From positions 1,621 through 65,620 of IMG/VR virus record IMGVR_UViG_3300033146_000601: a stretch of 64,000 bases of DNA; one strand, given 5' to 3'. Position 1 is the first letter of the stretch; every line of letters begins with the position of its first letter. This DNA is from a virus (Duplodnaviria; Caudoviricetes). The notes beneath the pieces are model-generated. The model made no database searches. It was not told the DNA's origin and worked only from the letters and a program-made list of their open reading frames with translations. Shown here one piece after another: positions 48,634 to 57,215 of this stretch. Both the position numbers and the translations under genes were made by a program.

Positions 48634-48661
48634 ATATAATTTCTATCTGAACTTCGAGAAT
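48634..48661 (-). promoter_or_regulatory. Phage promoter ATTC-N11-ATAGAAAT
   Basis: Full bipartite motif. Confidence 0.7.
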
Positions 48662-48713
48662 AAAAAAAATAAAAGAAGTCGTGAAGACCTTCTTTGGTGT
48701 TGGTGAGCTTGGA

Positions 48714-48929
48714 CTACGTCCAAGAACTCACACCTGTAAATTCTCGCCCAAGGGCGAGAATTTTGTTAGCCATCCGGATGAACCATTCTCCGTTTTCGTC
48801 TTCCAAAGAATCCGAATTAGACACCAAAACCGACTTGGTAGTCGGTTCTAATATCACAACTGTTTCACCGTCGTCAATGATTGTCAATGTAAACTGTTGT
48901 CCATTTGACAATGTTACTATTTCTTTCAT
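48714..48929 (-). CDS. Hypothetical early protein
   Basis: 71 aa, RBS AGGAG, own promoter and downstream hairpin (48672-48695). Confidence 0.65.
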   Translation of the reverse strand: MKEIVTLSNGQQFTLTIIDDGETVVILEPTTKSVLVSNSDSLEDENGEWFIRMANKILALGREFTGVSSWT

Positions 48930-48972
48930 CTTATTCTCCTAATTATGGATAGACGATATTGCCTATCCACTT

Positions 48973-49000
48973 ATATAATTTCTATCTGAAATGTATGAAT
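48973..49000 (-). promoter_or_regulatory. Phage promoter ATTC-N11-ATAGAAAT
   Basis: Full bipartite motif. Confidence 0.7.
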
Positions 49001-49010
49001 ATTAACATGT

Positions 49011-49047
49011 AAACTCCCCAAATATTTTGCATATTTAGGGAGTTTTT
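49011..49047. terminator. Intrinsic terminator
   Basis: AAACTCCCCAAATAT/ATATTTAGGGAGTTT near-perfect inverted repeat. Confidence 0.65.
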
Positions 49048-49049
49048 CG

Positions 49050-49796
49050 TTATCTATTTTGATTTAAAATATTAGATCTCATAGTTAATCCATTGGTATA
49101 AGTCATTTTTAATGCTTCTTTAAACGCATTAATTTGCCAATCTACAAATTTATAAAAATAAGTTTTATTTGTTAATTTATTGTAAATATTAATTTGAATA
49201 TCATCTGCACTTTTTTGCAATGATACTATTGGTCGTTCGTTTTGCCATGGTTCATTTGTATTGGTAATTAGTTGTTCAATGCATGTAAATTTAATATTCC
49301 CATTAACATTTAATAATTTAAATGCTGATGATGGATATATGGTTCCAGAAACTAATAGATTCATATTTTTAATAAATACAATATTATCTTTAATTGAATC
49401 TGGAGTTATATCATATAATGTAACTTTTAAATTACCAAAATCTAAATTATAGGATATAGTTATAAATTTAGATTCTATATCATCATTTGATGTTTCGTGT
49501 TTACGATTAGATGGTTTGATTAACCAAAATAAATCTAAAATATTATATTTTTGTCCATTAGTTTGTGGTTGAAATTGTGGTATATTTTTTTGAGGTGGAG
49601 GATTATCCTCATATTGGACATTTGGGACTTCAATATCTGGAATTTGAATATCACTAAAATCTGGAATTTGAATGTCTGAAAAATCAATGTCTTGATCATC
49701 AGAATTTGTTAATTGTTTATTTTTAAATATGATTGGAGTTGTACCAATTTGTACAGCGGTTGGATCTGGTATTTTAGTTTCCATAAAAGTTCCCAT
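49050..49796 (-). CDS. Hypothetical protein with DFSDIQIP tandem repeat
   Basis: 248-aa ORF. Confidence 0.65.
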   Translation of the reverse strand: MGTFMETKIPDPTAVQIGTTPIIFKNKQLTNSDDQDIDFSDIQIPDFSDIQIPDIEVPNVQYEDNPPPQKNIPQFQPQTNGQKYNILDLFWLIKPSNRKHETSNDDIESKFITISYNLDFGNLKVTLYDITPDSIKDNIVFIKNMNLLVSGTIYPSSAFKLLNVNGNIKFTCIEQLITNTNEPWQNERPIVSLQKSADDIQINIYNKLTNKTYFYKFVDWQINAFKEALKMTYTNGLTMRSNILNQNR

Positions 49797-49805
49797 ATAT
49801 GTTAT

Positions 49806-50249
49806 TTAAAAATTCAATATAAATCCGGCAGAGTTTTTATCGGTTTCCCAAATTTCAATTTTTATCTGAGAAAGATTTAAAATTTTAGATTCAAACATAT
49901 CAGCAAAATCATAGCATAGTTCTTCGGCCATATTTTCAGCTGTTGGATTTTTATCATATACTAAATATTTTTGATTATTATCTTTTAAAAATTTCAATAA
50001 TCGTTTATCATTATGATTTACAATAGTTCCATGATCATAATATGTATCTAAATAAGTTTGAAACTTTTTCAATTCACCAAAATCGATAATCATACCAGTT
50101 TCAAGTAAATTATCAGATATAACCGAAGATTTTAATTTATATGAATGACCATGTAAACTTGAACAAGGACTATCATATGGCAGGGTTAATCTATGACTAC
50201 AATCAAATTTATACATTTTAGTAATAAATCTTTGTGTATTTTTCTCCAT
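49806..50249 (-). CDS. queD: 6-carboxy-5,6,7,8-tetrahydropterin synthase
   Basis: FDCSHRL...CSSLHGHSY, GMIIDFG, DH, PTAENMA, IWET. Confidence 0.95.
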   Translation of the reverse strand: MEKNTQRFITKMYKFDCSHRLTLPYDSPCSSLHGHSYKLKSSVISDNLLETGMIIDFGELKKFQTYLDTYYDHGTIVNHNDKRLLKFLKDNNQKYLVYDKNPTAENMAEELCYDFADMFESKILNLSQIKIEIWETDKNSAGFILNF

Positions 50250-50263
50250 ACTACGTTTTTCCT

Positions 50264-52354
50264 TTAAAAATTATTATTAATATATTCTTCTCCAGCAACT
50301 TGTGATAATTTCAAAACTAGTCGTCCAGTCAATGTAGTACTTGCAGCACATAATCTATTACTATAAATGAAACTCGATAATCCACTTAACCCATATGATG
50401 AATTAACATTAACTTTACTTGATTTTTGTCGAGAATCATAAAAATTATATTCTGGACTTCCAACTGAATAAGTGTCTCGCTTAGTTTTATATTGTTTTCT
50501 AAATTCTAATTTATTTGTAATAAATTTATTTAATATGCCTGTATATTTTTCGTGTGTATAAAATAATGCACCAGATAAATTAAAACTAATATTCTCTTGA
50601 TCTAAATAATGAGCTAATGAATTTTTTGGAATATTTACTATTCGAATATTCATTTGATTTACATTTTCAACTATATAAAGATCATGTTCAATATCTTCAT
50701 TATTAACAATATATCTATACGCATCAATATGATGGTCTTCTAATGTTTGTATTTCTGTAAATAAATGTAATAATGGCAACAATACAGTTTTTAATATAAT
50801 ATATTCATTTAATGTATTCGGTGCCATTATATTTTTCATTGAAGTTTTACTATTTAATAATTGATTTACTAAATAATAAAACATATAAAACATATATTGT
50901 TTATAATTAGTTTTATTTTGTGGACTAATATAATCTACTTTCTTTTCAATTTTTGAAAATATATTATTTTTAATACTTTGAGAAAATGTAGCGTTTGTAT
51001 TTGTAATTGTTATTAAATATTTTAAAAATTTATATGTATTAGATTGTAATACATATCCAAACAAGGAATCAAACGAAATGTTACACATACTCATACAAGA
51101 TGGATATAATGCTGTGGCATCACTATCAACAATAATTACATCATCTTCCATTGTTATTATATCATTATATCCATTACTAATATAAGCTCCTGGAAATTTA
51201 GACATAACAGATCTAAATGTTTTATTATCAATATTAGTAACTGTCCATTTTTTTATACTTTTAGTTTTTGGAGGATCAATTTGTTCAATATCAATTTGAT
51301 TTATTGAATTTTCTAATTCAGCATGAACTCCATATCTCATATATTGTGATAATTCTTGTATTTCATAAGAAAACATTGCTGAAAATAATGCTGATACTCC
51401 ACGAATACTATTAGATAATGAACATTTCATATCTCGTCGAAGTGTGTTATGAAAATCAATATGTTTCAATTTGTCATTTAATCTAACTGTAAGAATAACA
51501 TCAATTATATTATATTTAAAATAATTTAATGGATCATTTAAATAAAATGTATCCAAGTTTGAATTGCCAGATCCTTTATAATCTAACTTTTTAAGATTAA
51601 GTTCAACATTAGATATATAATCTAATGAATAACTAGGTTGTTTTTTTCCATAATTTAATCCACCTTCATCACGAGGACAATATAAATGTTTAATATCTAA
51701 TATTGGATATTCAGGTATATTAATAATAACTTTATTTCCAAACTTACGTAATTTAATTATTCGTAATTTAGACATTGTATTTGCTACTTTTTGAGCATCA
51801 TTTTCATATAATATAAATAACCGATTATAAATATATGGAATATCATATCCATCTGAATAATATCCAGAAATAGTTACTGGATCAATTTCATGAATTTTAG
51901 ACCAACAATTTTCAATTAATAATAATTCATCAGTATAAAACTCAATTTCAATTTGTTCGTTTTCTGGTATATATTTATGTTCAACTAAATCAATTTTAAA
52001 TTTATTAATTAATTCTGATATATTAATATCATTTGAAATCAAATGTGAAATTTGAGGTAAAATTAATAAATATGCATAATAAGTTTTATTTTTTGAATTA
52101 TATATTGTTATTGCCGATATTGGTGATATTGCATTAGATGGTAAAAATTGACCTGTATGATTACTAAACACTTCAATATCAATAAATATTGTTGATATAT
52201 TTTGATCTGTATTTATAGTATCATGATTATTTTTTTTATAATGTTGAATTGAATAATATTCTGGAACATCAATATCAACATTATAAAATTGTGTATAATT
52301 TAAATTATTATTTTTTAATTGCATTATAACATCGTCAAATTCTATAGTTTGCAA
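50264..52354 (-). CDS. Family B DNA polymerase, central part (exonuclease, motif A, motif B)
   Basis: FIDIEV, GYDIPY, YSLDYIS, YNIIDV, FPGAY, DATALYPS, RKQYK, KVNVNSSYG, TLTGR; ends before motif C. Confidence 0.92.
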   Translation of the reverse strand: MQTIEFDDVIMQLKNNNLNYTQFYNVDIDVPEYYSIQHYKKNNHDTINTDQNISTIFIDIEVFSNHTGQFLPSNAISPISAITIYNSKNKTYYAYLLILPQISHLISNDINISELINKFKIDLVEHKYIPENEQIEIEFYTDELLLIENCWSKIHEIDPVTISGYYSDGYDIPYIYNRLFILYENDAQKVANTMSKLRIIKLRKFGNKVIINIPEYPILDIKHLYCPRDEGGLNYGKKQPSYSLDYISNVELNLKKLDYKGSGNSNLDTFYLNDPLNYFKYNIIDVILTVRLNDKLKHIDFHNTLRRDMKCSLSNSIRGVSALFSAMFSYEIQELSQYMRYGVHAELENSINQIDIEQIDPPKTKSIKKWTVTNIDNKTFRSVMSKFPGAYISNGYNDIITMEDDVIIVDSDATALYPSCMSMCNISFDSLFGYVLQSNTYKFLKYLITITNTNATFSQSIKNNIFSKIEKKVDYISPQNKTNYKQYMFYMFYYLVNQLLNSKTSMKNIMAPNTLNEYIILKTVLLPLLHLFTEIQTLEDHHIDAYRYIVNNEDIEHDLYIVENVNQMNIRIVNIPKNSLAHYLDQENISFNLSGALFYTHEKYTGILNKFITNKLEFRKQYKTKRDTYSVGSPEYNFYDSRQKSSKVNVNSSYGLSGLSSFIYSNRLCAASTTLTGRLVLKLSQVAGEEYINNNF

Positions 52355-52372
52355 TTAAGTTTCTCCTTTAAA

Positions 52373-53128
52373 TTAAAATTTATTAGTTTGTAAAAATTTA
52401 GCAACTAATGGTCCAATTTCAGGATTATTAATAAGTTGTACGTGATTATATGGAATTATACGTTTATCTGTTATTTTAGAATCGTGCAATCCGAGAGCCG
52501 AATCAACTGTTACTAATCCATCATTTGGTTCTTCTCCAGTAATTAAATCTTTTCGAATATTATACACTCTATCACTTAAATTTTCTTTTGAATATGGTTT
52601 ATTTCCTGCAATAAGTCCCACATTATATTTTTTATTTTTTGGTATTTGAGTAATGCAATGATTAAAAATATCATCACTTTCTCGAACAGCAAACGATATC
52701 ACGCCTTCAATCCCATTTTTCATAGTATCTATTATTTGTTGAGGGGCTTTTTTCCAAGGAGTCCCAATAGTAACAAAATTTCCCATATTTTCAAATTCAT
52801 AACTTCCTTGAATTAACCTACATAATAATCCACCAAATGAATGTCCTACCAAATGTACTTTTGAATAGCGATTTTCATATTTCATAGCTGATTGAACTTG
52901 TTCTCGAAGTTCTGATTTTAGATTATTAAATGATCCAATTGTTGCAGAAACATCAAAATTAAAAGTTGCAAAATTTTGATTTATTAGTTGATTTTCTAAT
53001 GGTCTCATATACTTTGCTGCACTAGTAAATCCATGAACAATTAAAATTAATTCATCTGCTTTTTTATTCTTAATACTCGGAATATAAAACATTGACCCTA
53101 AACTTTTTTCTTGAATAAGTGAATACAT
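52373..53128 (-). CDS. Alpha/beta-hydrolase (lipase/esterase)
   Basis: VHGF, GHSFGG nucleophile elbow, IGTP, NDGLV, NHV. Confidence 0.88.
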   Translation of the reverse strand: MYSLIQEKSLGSMFYIPSIKNKKADELILIVHGFTSAAKYMRPLENQLINQNFATFNFDVSATIGSFNNLKSELREQVQSAMKYENRYSKVHLVGHSFGGLLCRLIQGSYEFENMGNFVTIGTPWKKAPQQIIDTMKNGIEGVISFAVRESDDIFNHCITQIPKNKKYNVGLIAGNKPYSKENLSDRVYNIRKDLITGEEPNDGLVTVDSALGLHDSKITDKRIIPYNHVQLINNPEIGPLVAKFLQTNKF

Positions 53129-53167
53129 ATTACCCCCAATTTCTTAATAAAATTATTTCCTAATAAA

Positions 53168-53181
53168 TTTATTTCTATATA
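53168..53181 (-). promoter_or_regulatory. Phage promoter core
   Basis: TATATAGAAATAA on the minus strand. Confidence 0.6.
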
Positions 53182-53204
53182 AAATATGAAATTTAAAATA
53201 TAAT

Positions 53205-53390
53205 TTATTTATTGACTTGATTAATATATTGTTTTATTGCTATTTTAATCTGGTCCTCTGTAAATAATGCATTGTGCACTTTTCCTTGTTTAGTTCTAAT
53301 TAAACAAGGAAAATAATATTTAGCTAATTTAATATGGCTTCCAATTGGCAATATACTATTTGCCAAATATATTATTGATTTAATATCCAT
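53205..53390 (-). CDS. Hypothetical protein
   Basis: 61 aa, RBS AAGGA. Confidence 0.5.
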   Translation of the reverse strand: MDIKSIIYLANSILPIGSHIKLAKYYFPCLIRTKQGKVHNALFTEDQIKIAIKQYINQVNK

Positions 53391-53446
53391 AAAATTTCCT
53401 TAAAATATGAATTTTAATAATTCTTCTTGACTTATAAATTATTACA

Positions 53447-53875
53447 TTACATATACATTTTATCAACAACATTTTCTTGATTTTCCCAAGGAAAAACAAT
53501 CCAATTATCATTTGCACTTTCTAACACATAAATATCAGGATTGATAATTCTTCGAGGTTTAACAAATAAAGTTGCAATGACACAATCCATTTTTTTAAAT
53601 TTTTGTAATGTTCCACCACTATCTACTAAATCATCAACTAATAATGTATAATTTAATCTCATTTCTGGAACAGACTCAATGTCATGTATATATTTAATAT
53701 TTAACATATGAGATAAATGAATTGCTATTGGTAATCCTCCTCTAGGAAGTCCACAAACATATCGGATGGATATATTATTGTCTACCACATATGTTTTTAT
53801 AGACTTTGATAAGGTATCCATATATGATACAAAATCTTTATATGAAACTTTAATAATATTAACCATTATATTCAC
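53447..53875 (-). CDS. Type I phosphoribosyltransferase (xanthine/guanine PRT-like)
   Basis: GLPRGGL, LLVDDLVDSGGT, WIVFPWE. Confidence 0.9.
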   Translation of the reverse strand: MNIMVNIIKVSYKDFVSYMDTLSKSIKTYVVDNNISIRYVCGLPRGGLPIAIHLSHMLNIKYIHDIESVPEMRLNYTLLVDDLVDSGGTLQKFKKMDCVIATLFVKPRRIINPDIYVLESANDNWIVFPWENQENVVDKMYM

Positions 53876-53878
53876 CTT

Positions 53879-54073
53879 TTAAAAATTTATTATATCTTCA
53901 CAACACATTCGATCACACTCATAAACATCCATCCCCATATTATAATAATTTTCTCCTAATATAGTTGTGATCATTGATTGAAAATGTTTTCGTAAACTAT
54001 TATATTGTAAAATAGATATTCGATTATTTTCATAAAAATCTTTATAAAATTGAAAAGTTTTTTCGTCTTCCAT
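53879..54073 (-). CDS. Hypothetical protein
   Basis: 64 aa, RBS AGGAG. Confidence 0.55.
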   Translation of the reverse strand: MEDEKTFQFYKDFYENNRISILQYNSLRKHFQSMITTILGENYYNMGMDVYECDRMCCEDIINF

Positions 54074-54154
54074 AACTATCTCCTAAAAAAATTAATATTT
54101 AATTGTATAAAACCCAAGATTCCTCTTCTATATTTAAATGCCATCATAAAAATT

Positions 54155-54198
54155 CTCCTATCTACGAGAACCCCCAAACTTCAGTTTGGGGAGTTCCG
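54155..54198 (-). mobile_element. IS200/IS605-like end hairpin, copy 2
   Basis: CTCCCCAAACTGAAGTTTGGGGGTTCTCGTAGATAGGAG; matches 19420-19456. Confidence 0.5.
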
Positions 54199-54211
54199 TA
54201 TTTTAGATTTA

Positions 54212-54385
54212 TTATTCCTCCTCTGACAAAATATCAACCCATTGACCATCACAAAATTGAGTCGGTTTAAATGGATCAGTAATATTAATAATATCTATTA
54301 CTCCATCAATACAATTTAATTTATATTCCTCATTAATAGTTTTTATTTTTTGAATTGTCATATCTTCAAAAATAATTAAATACAT
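54212..54385 (-). CDS. Small hypothetical protein (57 aa)
   Basis: MYLIIFEDMTIQK...GQWVDILSEEE; RBS AGGAG. Confidence 0.6.
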   Translation of the reverse strand: MYLIIFEDMTIQKIKTINEEYKLNCIDGVIDIINITDPFKPTQFCDGQWVDILSEEE

Positions 54386-54395
54386 TTTAAATCTC

Positions 54396-55271
54396 CTATT
54401 TTTTATATTTTTGTTTAACTAAATCAACAATTCTTCGACAAGTAGTTGTGTATATTTTTTTTGACCATTGTTCTTCATCATTAATCTTAATATTATGAAC
54501 TTTAAATTTTTCTTTCAATAATAAATTATCATAAACAAACGGAACAACTATCGTTTTGCATTTTAAAAAATGAAGTTTCTTTAAAATTTGACTTTGAGAA
54601 AAATCGCAATAAATTTGTTTACCTGCACTTCCAGGAGCAAATATTTCGTCATTCATTATATAATTATATAATTTCATAGATTCAATAATTTGTGGATTTT
54701 TCCCAAATTTAACATTATTGGATATATTCATAAAATCAAAAGACTTTATATCTTTTAAAAATTGATTGTGTGATTCCGTAATAGCTTTACTAATCATATT
54801 AAATTTATTAATTGATGGTATTTCATTATTTAAAATAATATCTTCTATCATAATTTTTAATAATTTTTTAGTTAATTGCGGAGCATCAGCTTTCACAATT
54901 TGGATTCCAGTGTGATTTACTTTTGGTATTTCTAAAACATTACCTTCTTTAACAACAAGTTTATAACTATATTGTTTTTTTACATCTAAAAACATTATAT
55001 CACTCATTAATAACTCTGTTTTAAAAAAAATCTTATTATGTTCTTTTTTTATATTACATCTCGGAAGCAAAATATCATCAATATGTTTGACTAAATTATC
55101 ATTAATATTTTGTGAATGGTGAATAGCAATTTCCCAAAGATCTTTTACATTTTTTTCCTTAGGAGATTTAACGGGAAACTTAAGAAAAATACTATCTGTA
55201 TCAGAATATAATATATGTTTTAATACTCTATATCCCTCATTTTCTTTATAAAAATCTTTTTTTAATTCCAT
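54396..55271 (-). CDS. Family B DNA polymerase, C-terminal part (motif C, thumb)
   Basis: ILYSDTDSIF, FKTE, KKQY, TGIQIVKAD. Confidence 0.9.
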   Translation of the reverse strand: MELKKDFYKENEGYRVLKHILYSDTDSIFLKFPVKSPKEKNVKDLWEIAIHHSQNINDNLVKHIDDILLPRCNIKKEHNKIFFKTELLMSDIMFLDVKKQYSYKLVVKEGNVLEIPKVNHTGIQIVKADAPQLTKKLLKIMIEDIILNNEIPSINKFNMISKAITESHNQFLKDIKSFDFMNISNNVKFGKNPQIIESMKLYNYIMNDEIFAPGSAGKQIYCDFSQSQILKKLHFLKCKTIVVPFVYDNLLLKEKFKVHNIKINDEEQWSKKIYTTTCRRIVDLVKQKYKK

Positions 55272-55309
55272 AAATTAATCCATTTTTTGAATTTTATCAA
55301 TGAACGAAA

Positions 55310-55334
55310 ACCACTAGGTCTTTAGCCTAGTGGT
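55310..55334. mobile_element. IS200/IS605-like hairpin
   Basis: Minus strand ACCACTAGGCTAAAGACCTAGTGGT; the CTAAAG-type loop is typical of IS605-group ends. Confidence 0.4.
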
Positions 55335-55387
55335 CAACCATTCACCATATTACTAATCCACAATTACTTACAAGTTTTTGACAATGT

Positions 55388-55527
55388 TTAATAATTATTT
55401 ATTTTTAACCATTTATGAAACTCTTTAGCAGTATAAACACATTTTTTAAGTTTACACTGACATTCATTATTATTAAAGTAAGAACAGTCTATGGCTACAC
55501 AAAATTCGTATTTTTATAAGTTGACAT
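55388..55527 (-). pseudogene. Frameshifted small Cys-rich ORF
   Basis: RBS+ATG MSTYK joins YEFCVAIDC...CVYTAKEFHKWLK only if one A is added to an A5 run. Confidence 0.4.
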
Positions 55528-55536
55528 TTAATTCTC

Positions 55537-57207
55537 CTAAGGCACAAACGATTCTACTATAATTTGTGGATTAATTCTCCCATTATATTCATTAATTCCT
55601 ATACGATAAATACAATTAACAACATCATTTTTATGTATTGGCATTTGATCGTTTGGCGATTCAATAGCAAAAAATTTCATTGCTCGTGTACCGTTTAAAG
55701 TCATCATTAAATGAACAGGATTTTCTTTTCCTACCATTTTACAAAATGAAACATTCATAGAATCATAAAAAATAGGTTTTGGAAAATCTTTTCCAAATGG
55801 CTTTAATGATTCATATTGTTTAATTAATGATAATGATATTCTTTTCTTATTTAAGGATTTATCAATATATATTGCATCTGGTAATTCAATAGTGTATTTT
55901 ATAGAAATTTCCATAAAAACTTTTCTAAATAATTCAAAATTTTCAATATTCATCGACAATCCAATTGCCGCCGCATGCCCTCCAAATGAAAGTAATATTT
56001 CAGGATAGAGTTTATCGATTTCAATTAAAGTATTTATTATATTTAATGAATTACCACCTCTACCAGATGCGTGCAATATTCCATTTTCATCTGGACCAGA
56101 AAAAATAATAGTAGGTTTATTAAATTTTTCAGTTAATTTTGAAGCAACTATTCCTTGAACCCCAGAATGAAATGTTTTATCATAAACAATAATGCTATTT
56201 TCAAAATCATAATGCTGTGTATTAGCAATAGTTGTCATTTCTTGTTCAATTTGTTTTCGGATATTATTATATTCAATTAATTTCTTATAATATTTTTCAG
56301 CTTCTTTTAAATCTATAGCCAATAAAAACATAACACTATCATATGGGATTCCAGCTATTCTGGAACTTGCATTAACAAGTGGTCCAATTTGAAAAGCTAA
56401 TGTTTCTTCATCAATAATATTATCAGATATAATTCGCCAACAACATTTGTTTTTTGTATTAATCTCTTCTAACCCAAATTTAACAAATGTTCGATTAATA
56501 GGAGATAGCATTGAGACCACATCAGCCACAGTTCCTAATGCAACATAATCTAATAATTTATAAATATTATTATGTGGAATGTCACAAATATTATTTAATT
56601 CTAACATAATTAACCAAGCAACACCACATCCTGCTATTCTCGAATCATATCCACATCCCTTTTGATGAGGATTTACAATAGTATATGCATTTGGATAAAT
56701 TTCAGGCATAACATGATGGTCAGTAATTATAACATCAATATTTTTACTTGTTAAATATTCAATTTCTTTATGTTCAGAACTACCAACATCAGCAGTAATA
56801 ATTAATGACGGATTAATGTCAATAATTTGCTGAACTAATTTATCATTTAATCCATAACCATCCATTTTACGATTCCCAACTAATGCTCTAATTTTAGTTG
56901 TTGAGACACCAAATATTTGAGTTAATGCAGAATATAATACACATAAACTAGTGCATCCATCGGCATCATAATCGGTAAATATTAAAATATTTTCATCATT
57001 TTCAATAGATTGTTTTATACGTTCGGCTGCATAAGTACAATTTTTCATTAAATTTGGATTTGGAATATTTGACAATTTAAGATTAACAAATATATCATCA
57101 TATTTAGTTATTCGACTTGCTAACAATTCTGAAACTTCTTCAGAGTTATTATTAGAAATACTATCTTCATATACCTTGTTATTGATTGGCCTAAATAAAA
57201 TATTCAT
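55537..57207 (-). CDS. recJ: ssDNA-specific exonuclease RecJ
   Basis: DYDADG, DGYG, ITADVG, ITDHH, AGCGVA, GTVADV, HSGVQGIVASKL, SGR, FGGHAAAIG, PFG. Confidence 0.93.
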   Translation of the reverse strand: MNILFRPINNKVYEDSISNNNSEEVSELLASRITKYDDIFVNLKLSNIPNPNLMKNCTYAAERIKQSIENDENILIFTDYDADGCTSLCVLYSALTQIFGVSTTKIRALVGNRKMDGYGLNDKLVQQIIDINPSLIITADVGSSEHKEIEYLTSKNIDVIITDHHVMPEIYPNAYTIVNPHQKGCGYDSRIAGCGVAWLIMLELNNICDIPHNNIYKLLDYVALGTVADVVSMLSPINRTFVKFGLEEINTKNKCCWRIISDNIIDEETLAFQIGPLVNASSRIAGIPYDSVMFLLAIDLKEAEKYYKKLIEYNNIRKQIEQEMTTIANTQHYDFENSIIVYDKTFHSGVQGIVASKLTEKFNKPTIIFSGPDENGILHASGRGGNSLNIINTLIEIDKLYPEILLSFGGHAAAIGLSMNIENFELFRKVFMEISIKYTIELPDAIYIDKSLNKKRISLSLIKQYESLKPFGKDFPKPIFYDSMNVSFCKMVGKENPVHLMMTLNGTRAMKFFAIESPNDQMPIHKNDVVNCIYRIGINEYNGRINPQIIVESFVP

Positions 57208-57215
57208 AAAGTTTC

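Noticed and set aside
48138-48942. Plus-strand ORFs of 83, 65 and 82 aa
   Set aside because: Antisense to RBS- and promoter-supported minus-strand units.
50264-55271. Intron or intein splicing joining the PolB halves
   Set aside because: The C-terminal piece is transcribed first, each piece has its own start, and there are no intein terminal motifs.
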